Source: Pseudomonadota bacterium (lineage in GTDB: Bacteria; Bdellovibrionota; FAC87; UBA2466). Taken from it: a DNA stretch of 43,329 bases. Made by a program: the position numbers and the translations under genes. The notes under the pieces were generated by a model. That model saw only the letters and a list, made by a program, of their open reading frames with translations, had not been told where the DNA came from and did not search any database. Where the stretch lies: positions 1 to 43,329 of the forward strand of contig JAYSWN010000006.1 of NCBI GenBank assembly GCA_043718025.1, written 5' to 3'. The first letter of the stretch is position 1. Every line of letters begins with the position of its first letter. This document shows, one piece after another, positions 36,669 through 43,329 of this stretch.

Positions 36669-38213
36669 CTATTCAGAAATCAGCGCTTCGCCGGTCATCT
36701 CTTTGGGCTTGGGCAAGCCCCATAGCTTGAGCAAGGTTGGCGCAATATCGCAAAGGCTGCCGGGTTTCACTACCCACTTCTTATTTTTCGGATCAACGAC
36801 GTAGAGCGGCACCGGAAACAAGGTGTGCGAAGTAAGTGGCATGCCAGAGTCGTCCACCATTTTTTCGCAGTTGCCGTGATCGGCGGTGATAAGCGCAAAG
36901 GCATCGTGCCCTTCCACCCAGTGCACAATTTTTGTCAGACACTGATCGACCACCTCTACCGCACGGGTAGCCGCATTCAAGTTTCCGGTGTGGCCCACCA
37001 TGTCGCAGTTGGCGAAATTGATCACCACAAATCCCAAATCACCTGCCGCCAATTCTTTCAGCAGTGCGCTAGTAATTTCTAGGGCACTCATCTCAGGTTT
37101 CTGATCATAGGTTCTCACTTCGCGTGGCGAAGGAATCAGTACGCGCCTTTCGCCGTCGAACACTTTTTCATCGCCCCCATTGAAGAAGTAAGTCACGTGC
37201 GCATATTTTTCGGTTTCGGCAATGCGGAGTTGTTTCCAGCCCTGCTTGGCGACGACTTCGCCCACCGTCATCGGCACTTTCGGTTTTTCGTAAGCCGATA
37301 AAAATCCTAAGGTTTCATCATACGGGGTCAGGCCGACAAAACCGCACAAGGTGGGCAGCCCCTCACGCTTAAAACCGGTGAATTCCGTTTGGGTAATGGC
37401 GCGACTAATCTCACGCGCCCGATCGGCGCGGAAATTAAAAAACAACATGCCATCGCCGTCGGTTACCCCGGGGTAATCAGAAAAAACCGCGGGCGGCAAA
37501 AACTCGTCGGTGATATTTTTGTCGTAACAGCGGCGCACCCAGTCGGCGGGCTTTTTGAAGGTGCCCTCACCTTCGCCATTGACCACGGCCCGATACGCTT
37601 TTTCGACCCGCTCCCAACGATTATCGCGATCCATCGCAAAAAAACGGCCCGTGACCGTAGCCACCTGACCAACCCCGGCGTCTTCACAATAACCGGTGAG
37701 CTTATTCACAAAATGAATGCCCGAAACCGGCGAGGTGTCGCGGCCATCGGTAAAGGCGTGAATCCAAACTCGCGAAATGCCTTCACGCTTGGCCATCTGA
37801 ATCAGGGCGTAAAGATGACTATCGTGGCTATGGACGCCGCCGTCGGATAACAGCCCCATGAGGTGCAAAGAGGCGCGGGGGCCGCCTTTTTTCACTTTTT
37901 GCATCAGACCCAAAAGCACCGGATTTTTAAAAAAGGAACCTTCGTCAATGGCTTTGCTTATTAACGAAAAATCTTGGAACACCACCCGCCCGGCCCCGAT
38001 ATTGAGGTGGCCAACCTCTGAGTTACCCATAAATCCTTGAGGCAATCCTACAAAGGATTCCGAGGCCTGTAGCTCGCCGTAAGGGTAGTCTTTGCGAAGG
38101 CCATCTAGGCAGGGAGTCTTGGCGCGACTCACAGCGTTAAATCGGGTTTCGGCATTAATCCCAAAGCCGTCTAAAATAATCAAAATCCCGGTGCGTTTTT
38201 CTTTCTGCGACAT
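36669..38213 (-). CDS. gpmI: 2,3-bisphosphoglycerate-independent phosphoglycerate mutase
   Basis: ILDGFG, MGNSEVGH, SDGGVHSH, AETEKYAHVT, DMVGHTG, TADHGN. Confidence 0.97.
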   Translation of the reverse strand: MSQKEKRTGILIILDGFGINAETRFNAVSRAKTPCLDGLRKDYPYGELQASESFVGLPQGFMGNSEVGHLNIGAGRVVFQDFSLISKAIDEGSFFKNPVLLGLMQKVKKGGPRASLHLMGLLSDGGVHSHDSHLYALIQMAKREGISRVWIHAFTDGRDTSPVSGIHFVNKLTGYCEDAGVGQVATVTGRFFAMDRDNRWERVEKAYRAVVNGEGEGTFKKPADWVRRCYDKNITDEFLPPAVFSDYPGVTDGDGMLFFNFRADRAREISRAITQTEFTGFKREGLPTLCGFVGLTPYDETLGFLSAYEKPKVPMTVGEVVAKQGWKQLRIAETEKYAHVTYFFNGGDEKVFDGERRVLIPSPREVRTYDQKPEMSALEITSALLKELAAGDLGFVVINFANCDMVGHTGNLNAATRAVEVVDQCLTKIVHWVEGHDAFALITADHGNCEKMVDDSGMPLTSHTLFPVPLYVVDPKNKKWVVKPGSLCDIAPTLLKLWGLPKPKEMTGEALISE

Positions 38214-38319
38214 GGTGATTTTTTACCACGCTTTTACGCGATCGACGAGCCGAGCGTTACCCGTTGCCGGCCAAGCGCCAGTTTAGTTACCGCCGAAAGA
38301 GTTGGATTGGCTAAAAACC

Positions 38320-38348
38320 TTGAAAACAGTCCGGTTTGTTCTTATGGT
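38320..38348 (+). promoter_or_regulatory. putative sigma70 promoter of the acd-etf operon with an internal palindrome
   Basis: TTGAAA (38320-38325), 17-nt spacer, TATGGT (38343-38348); imperfect palindrome AAACAGTCCGGTTT at 38324-38337. Confidence 0.55.
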
Positions 38349-38373
38349 TTCTCCAAATTTTGTCAGGAGTCGC

Positions 38374-39519
38374 ATGCTAGGTTTTAGCCTTTCTGAAGAA
38401 CAAGAATCCCTAAAAGAGACCGTTAGAAAATTCGTGGAAAAAGAGATTATTCCCGTCTCGGCGAAATACGACGAAGCCAACGAGTTTCCCCACGACGTCC
38501 TTAAAAAGGCCTGGGAAAACGGTTTGATGAACATCACCGTGCCGGAAAAATATGGCGGCATGGGATTGGGGGTTCTTGACGACGTCATTCTCAATGAAGA
38601 GTTGGGCGCCGGCTGCCTGGGCATGACCACCAGTATTTCGGTGAACACGCTGGGCATGTACCCCATTTTGTTATTCGGTTCCGATGAGCAGATTCAAGAA
38701 CACGTGGTCCCCCTAATGGACGCCCCAAAACTTGCCTCGTTCTGTTTGACGGAACCAGGGGCCGGAAGCGATGCCGGTGGCCTTTCTACACTCGCGCGCG
38801 ACGAAGGCGATCACTACGTTTTAAACGGCTCCAAAATGTGGATTACCAACGCCGGCTTTGCCGACCTATTCACGGTTTTTGCCACCACCAACAAAGAGTT
38901 ACGTAGCAAAGGCACCGTTTGCTTTGCCGTCAACGCCAAGTCGCCGGGAATCTCGTTGGGCAAACACGAAAATAAAATGGGGCAACGCTGCTCCGACACC
39001 CGCGCCATCACCTTCGACAATGTGAAAGTGCCGAAGAAAAACCTGCTCGGAAAAGTGGGAGACGGTTTTAAGATCGCCATGGCCACCTTAGATCGCACTC
39101 GGGCGCCCATTGCGGCGGGTGCAGTAGGGGCCGCCCGCGCGGCCTTAAACCATTCGATCAAATACGCGAAAGAGCGTAAACAATTTAATCAGCCCATCGC
39201 TAACTTTCAAGCCATCCAGTTTATGCTGGCCGACATGGCCACCAAAGTCGAAGCGGGCCGCTTGCTGTGCTACCAAGCTTCTTGGCTGCTCGATCAGGGC
39301 AAACACGAGGCGGGAAATATTGCGGCCTCCCACGCCAAGCGTTTTTCGGCCGACATGGCGATGGAAGTGGCTACCGATGCGGTGCAAATTTTTGGCGGCT
39401 ACGGTTATACCAAAGAGTATCCGGTGGAAAAGATCATGCGCGACGTTAAACTCGTACAGATTTACGAAGGCACCTCGCAAATCCAACGCGTCGTGATTGC
39501 TCGTCATCTCCTTAAATAA
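38374..39519 (+). CDS. acyl-CoA dehydrogenase (short/medium-chain type)
   Basis: FCLTEPGAGSDA, NGSKMWITNA, QIFGGYGYTKEYPVEKIMRD, IYEGTSQIQR; AGGAG SD before ATG 38374. Confidence 0.95.
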   Translation: MLGFSLSEEQESLKETVRKFVEKEIIPVSAKYDEANEFPHDVLKKAWENGLMNITVPEKYGGMGLGVLDDVILNEELGAGCLGMTTSISVNTLGMYPILLFGSDEQIQEHVVPLMDAPKLASFCLTEPGAGSDAGGLSTLARDEGDHYVLNGSKMWITNAGFADLFTVFATTNKELRSKGTVCFAVNAKSPGISLGKHENKMGQRCSDTRAITFDNVKVPKKNLLGKVGDGFKIAMATLDRTRAPIAAGAVGAARAALNHSIKYAKERKQFNQPIANFQAIQFMLADMATKVEAGRLLCYQASWLLDQGKHEAGNIAASHAKRFSADMAMEVATDAVQIFGGYGYTKEYPVEKIMRDVKLVQIYEGTSQIQRVVIARHLLK

Positions 39520-39548
39520 TTTGCGTGAAGTAACTAGAGGTTCGAAGC

Positions 39549-40325
39549 ATGAGTATTTTCGTTTTAGTAAAGCAGGTTCCCGACACCGAAACCAAAATTC
39601 GGATCAAAGCCGACAAATCGGGCATCGAAACCAACGAGGTAAAGTGGATCATCAACCCTTACGATGAGTTCGCCATCGAAGAGGCATTGAAGACGAAAGA
39701 CAAAATCAAATCACCCTCGGTTACCGTGCTCTCGCTCGGCCCCGATCGGGTGGTCGAAGCGCTTCGCACCGCGCTCGCCATGGGTGCCGACAACGCCATC
39801 CACGTTAAGACCGAAAGCGAAGTAGACACCTTTACCGTCGCGAAAGCGCTTTCCGAAGTGCTCAAAAAAGAGAACGCCACCGTTGTTTTTGCCGGAAAGC
39901 AGGCCGTCGATGATGACCAAGCCGCCACCTTTGGTTTCGTGGCAGAGTTTATGGGCTGGCCGTCGGTTTCGGTAGTTTCCAAAATTGACTGGGACCCCAG
40001 CGGAACGTCGTTGAAAGCAGAACGCGAAGTGGAAGGTGGCACCAAATTCGTGGTGCAGTCTTCAGTTCCCGTCTGCCTAGCGGTGGATAAGGGGATCAAC
40101 ACTCCTCGCTACGCCAGTCTCCCCGGCATCATGAAGGCCAAGAAAAAAGAAATTAAAGGGTACACGCTATCTGACCTCGGCTTGAGCGCCGACAGTGCCA
40201 AAGTGAAAGACAGTGATTACCTGCCCCCGCCCGAACGGGCCGCCGGAAAAAAATTGTCGGGCGATGCCGCCACCCAAGCGCGCGAGCTGGTGCGATTGCT
40301 ACGCGAAGAAGCCAAAGTCATCTAA
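39549..40325 (+). CDS. etfB: electron transfer flavoprotein beta subunit
   Basis: VKQVPDT, INPYDEFAIEEAL, GKQAVDDD, NTPRYASLPGIMKAKKK. Confidence 0.96.
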   Translation: MSIFVLVKQVPDTETKIRIKADKSGIETNEVKWIINPYDEFAIEEALKTKDKIKSPSVTVLSLGPDRVVEALRTALAMGADNAIHVKTESEVDTFTVAKALSEVLKKENATVVFAGKQAVDDDQAATFGFVAEFMGWPSVSVVSKIDWDPSGTSLKAEREVEGGTKFVVQSSVPVCLAVDKGINTPRYASLPGIMKAKKKEIKGYTLSDLGLSADSAKVKDSDYLPPPERAAGKKLSGDAATQARELVRLLREEAKVI

Positions 40326-40334
40326 GGAGACAGA

Positions 40335-41297
40335 ATGAATTCAGTTTTTGTAATCGGCGAAGCGAAAGATGGAAAAGTAAAACGCGTAACCCATGAGATC
40401 CTTTCGGAGCTCAAGCGCCAAAACACAACGGCTACCCTACTACTCATCGGTGGTAGCGACACTGAAGTCGCCGCCAGCGAGGCCTCGGCCATGGGGGCCG
40501 CCAAAGTGGTGGTGCTCACCGGGGATGGGTTGGCTAAGTATTCCACCGAGGGGTACGTCAACGCGCTGCACACCTATCTTGCTACCCAAAATCCATCGGC
40601 TATTTTCGCCGGCGCTACGGCTTTGGCGAAAGACTTTTTACCGCGTCTGGCCGCCCGTTTTCAAGTAGGCCTAGCTTCGGATTGTACCGAAATTAAAGTG
40701 GGCGATAAGTTAACCGTGCGTCGACCGGTGTTTGCCGGAAAAGTGTCTAAATCGGTCGAGTTTTTAGCCAGCCCCGCAGTCTGTTCGGTGCGTCCCAATG
40801 TCTATCCAGTTCAAGCGGCCAGCGGCGCCTCACCCGTAGAAAAAGTGGCGGCGAGCGTCGGCACGATAAAAGCTCCGGTGGTAGAAATAAAGGCGGCCGC
40901 CGCCAAAAAAGTGGATTTGACCGAGGCCGATATCATTATCTCCGGTGGCCGGTCTTTAAAAAGTGCCGACAACTTTAAGATTCTACAAGACTGCGCCGCC
41001 GTTATTGGCGCGGCTGTAGGCGCAAGTCGCGCGGCAGTTGATGCCGGATTTGCCCCGCACGATATGCAGGTCGGACAAACCGGCAAGACCGTAAGTCCAA
41101 AACTGTATATTGCCTGCGGCATCAGTGGGGCTATTCAACATTTAGCGGGCATGCGCACTTCTAAAGTAATTGTGGCGATCGATAAAAACCCGGAAGCCCC
41201 CATTTTTCAGCGCGCTGACTACGGGTTGGTGGCCGACCTCTTTGAAGTGGTTCCCGCCCTTACCGAAGAGTTCAAAAAACTCAAAGCGCACTCTTGA
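40335..41297 (+). CDS. etfA: electron transfer flavoprotein alpha subunit
   Basis: GASRAAVDAG, QVGQTGKTVSPKLYIACGISGAIQHLAGM. Confidence 0.96.
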   Translation: MNSVFVIGEAKDGKVKRVTHEILSELKRQNTTATLLLIGGSDTEVAASEASAMGAAKVVVLTGDGLAKYSTEGYVNALHTYLATQNPSAIFAGATALAKDFLPRLAARFQVGLASDCTEIKVGDKLTVRRPVFAGKVSKSVEFLASPAVCSVRPNVYPVQAASGASPVEKVAASVGTIKAPVVEIKAAAAKKVDLTEADIIISGGRSLKSADNFKILQDCAAVIGAAVGASRAAVDAGFAPHDMQVGQTGKTVSPKLYIACGISGAIQHLAGMRTSKVIVAIDKNPEAPIFQRADYGLVADLFEVVPALTEEFKKLKAHS

Positions 41298-41298
41298 A

Positions 41299-42078
41299 GT
41301 GCTAGACCAGATCATTTTCTATTTCCTGCTGCTCTTGGGCATAGGCTCAATTTTTTCGTATGGGATCCTTCGCCCTGCTGAGCTGGGTCCACGCTTTTTT
41401 CTTTACCACGGCTTGGGCACCATCGTAGCGATGGCCGCCGCCTTCTATTTTAAGCCGGCCGATTTTAACGGTGAGACGAAATTGGCGCTCATCAGCCTGG
41501 CCGGGGCCTTGGCGGTGTCATCGGGAGTGATACGCCACCTCTGGGGCAATTTTGCGGTCGCTACGTTTTCCTTTGTAGCCGGACTCTTGTATTTGGGCGC
41601 CGGCAACCTGATGGTGGCCCCGCTTATCGGGGTTCCCACCGTCTCTACCGCAATGGTGACCTATAATTTGGTTTCGGTTGCCTTGGTGCTGGGCTTTTCA
41701 ATGACCGCCATGTGGCTCGGCCATTGGTATCTAACGCAGCCCAAGCTTTCGATTGATGAGCTCAAGCGCACGACATTGGTACTGGCGGCGTTACTGCTGG
41801 TGCGAACTGCGGTGGCGGCGGCCACCCTCCTCCCTCGCCTTCCCGGAACTGAAGTGGAGATCTATCGATTTTTGGCGGGTAGCACCGGTATTTTTCTAAT
41901 GATGCGCACCGCCTGGGGTCTGGCGGTTCCGCTCATTTTAGTGGTGATGGTTTGGAAAACCGTTGCCATTCGCTCGACCCAAAGTGCCACGGGAATCTTG
42001 TACGTTCTTTTGCTCTCGGTGCTGGCAGGTGAGACACTTAGTTTATACTTAATGTTTCATGATGGCTGGATTGCCTAA
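41299..42078 (+). CDS. multi-pass membrane protein of unknown function
   Basis: About 8 hydrophobic segments; motifs AMWLGHWYL and TQSATGILY; GTG start directly after the etfA stop. Confidence 0.75.
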   Translation: MLDQIIFYFLLLLGIGSIFSYGILRPAELGPRFFLYHGLGTIVAMAAAFYFKPADFNGETKLALISLAGALAVSSGVIRHLWGNFAVATFSFVAGLLYLGAGNLMVAPLIGVPTVSTAMVTYNLVSVALVLGFSMTAMWLGHWYLTQPKLSIDELKRTTLVLAALLLVRTAVAAATLLPRLPGTEVEIYRFLAGSTGIFLMMRTAWGLAVPLILVVMVWKTVAIRSTQSATGILYVLLLSVLAGETLSLYLMFHDGWIA

Positions 42079-42088
42079 AACCTAATCT

Positions 42089-42505
42089 ATGAGTCTCCAA
42101 ATAACCTTCCGTTGCGAAAAGTGTAATGAGTGGCCAACTGCGGTTTGGTTGCGTGACCGTGAGCTGCGCTGCTCAGGGTGCGACACAAAAAAAGCGCTAA
42201 TGGCTCAGCCACCAAAGCTGGAACCCTGCCCCGTCTGCGAAACCGAACACGTTTATAAACAAAAAGATTTTAACCGTAAGCTGGGGATTGGTTTATTGGT
42301 GCTCGGGGTCATCGCCAGTTATTTTACTTACGGAATAAGCCTACTTTTGGTAGCCGCCTTTGACTGGTGGCTCTACCGCCATACGGGGGATGTTGGGCTC
42401 TGCTATCGTTGCCACTCCCAATTTCGGGGCAGCGAAGAGGTGAGCGCACTCAAAGCGTTTAATCTTAGCTACTACGACTATTATAAAAACTTGAAGAAGA
42501 GCTAA
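42089..42505 (+). CDS. small Cys-rich (4x CxxC) membrane protein
   Basis: CEKC, CSGC, CPVC, YKQKDF, a two-TM hairpin, CYRC. Confidence 0.75.
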   Translation: MSLQITFRCEKCNEWPTAVWLRDRELRCSGCDTKKALMAQPPKLEPCPVCETEHVYKQKDFNRKLGIGLLVLGVIASYFTYGISLLLVAAFDWWLYRHTGDVGLCYRCHSQFRGSEEVSALKAFNLSYYDYYKNLKKS

Positions 42506-42508
42506 ATT

Positions 42509-43329
42509 TTAAAGACCGGTGATGTGGCTTACCGGTCTGAGTCCGCCCAAGCCGCCCGCGCCCAAACTTCCCGCTCCGCCAATTTGGTTTTGGAAGTTGT
42601 TTACCAGGGCACTGCCACCGCCTAGGCGGTTTTTAATGTTGCAGAACTGGGATTCAAATTGTTTGCGCGACACCTTGCCTTGCGGGTTGGTCTGTAACAG
42701 GCCGGCCAGCGATGAGGCCGATACCTTAAGTTCTTTAGCCGCCGCTTCGACGCTTAGGTCTGCATTGTACTCACCATACATATCAGGAATTAACATCGCC
42801 GGTACCGATTCGCCGGGAAAGGCGTCTTGCATCGGCGATTTGGGGTCGGGAACAAACGCGCCAGCGGCCACTAATGAATTTCTAAAAATAGTATTCGAAC
42901 GCTTAACCCGCTGTTGATACAAATCATTACTTGTAAAAAAACGTTGCGAGTTGAGCGGCAATTTTGGGGTGTTTTCGGTATAGCGGTTCTTGGTTTTTAA
43001 GGAAATCCCCCCGCCCAGTAGGCCATTTGTATGGCAGACCATGCAATTAATCGGAGAGGAAACATCGGTGCTGTGTCCTTCGCGGCGACTTAGCGACGCG
43101 CTAAAGCGGCTAGACTGAGCAAATTCGACTGGCGCACTTCGCGCCCGAGCTCCTCCGGGATTAGCCGCTAAGTAGTAAAAGGGAAAGCCGTTGGGCTTTC
43201 TAAAAATCATTTCACCGGCTTCGAAGCTCGTATCAATACCGTTTCTAAATGCATCGGCTGATTCCGCTTGCGCTCCGTTGGGCAGGTTGTAGCGGTTATC
43301 GTAAGACACGTAAGCATCCTCGCCACCCA
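42509..43329 (-). CDS. c-type cytochrome domain protein, C-terminal part (5' end outside the window)
   Basis: The frame is open to the window edge (…GGEDAYVSYD); heme-attachment motif CMVCH; GEMIFRKPNG. Confidence 0.65.
   Translation of the reverse strand, partial: GGEDAYVSYDNRYNLPNGAQAESADAFRNGIDTSFEAGEMIFRKPNGFPFYYLAANPGGARARSAPVEFAQSSRFSASLSRREGHSTDVSSPINCMVCHTNGLLGGGISLKTKNRYTENTPKLPLNSQRFFTSNDLYQQRVKRSNTIFRNSLVAAGAFVPDPKSPMQDAFPGESVPAMLIPDMYGEYNADLSVEAAAKELKVSASSLAGLLQTNPQGKVSRKQFESQFCNIKNRLGGGSALVNNFQNQIGGAGSLGAGGLGGLRPVSHITGL

Noticed and set aside
41170..41298. Extension of the membrane protein into etfA
   Set aside because: It overlaps the conserved etfA 3' end; GTG 41299 right after the stop is preferred.

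Overview
Gene-dense bacterial chromosomal window of roughly balanced GC. The gene content and order (yfgM-bamB-serine hydrolase-mpl; pilB-pilT-pilC-pilS; acd-etfB-etfA) suggest a Bdellovibrionota/'deltaproteobacterial' organism, which is an inference. From left to right it holds: (1) an HNH endonuclease gene with long non-coding flanks, then a secreted SNase-type nuclease; (2) an envelope/peptidoglycan-recycling operon ending in a Flp-prepilin-like, Gly-repeat, C-terminally anchored protein; (3) an operon of ureohydrolase, tandem double ATP-grasp ligase, DmpA peptidase and uppP, divergent from potABCD; (4) two GT4 genes, tRNA-Leu(TAG) and an accessory stretch (FkbM, GT2, PLP decarboxylase, TetR with two visible operators, GH15 glucoamylase, secreted hypothetical, desaturase); (5) nth, a beta-barrel protein, type IV pilus genes, gpmI, acyl-CoA dehydrogenase-ETF with two conserved hypothetical membrane genes, and a truncated c-type cytochrome. 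I saw no CRISPR array, rRNA, integrase or transposase. The best candidates for undescribed systems are the polyamine-linked double ATP-grasp/DmpA locus, the pilin-like Gly-repeat protein and the HNH locus with its non-coding flanks. All calls come from reading motifs by eye; no searches were run.
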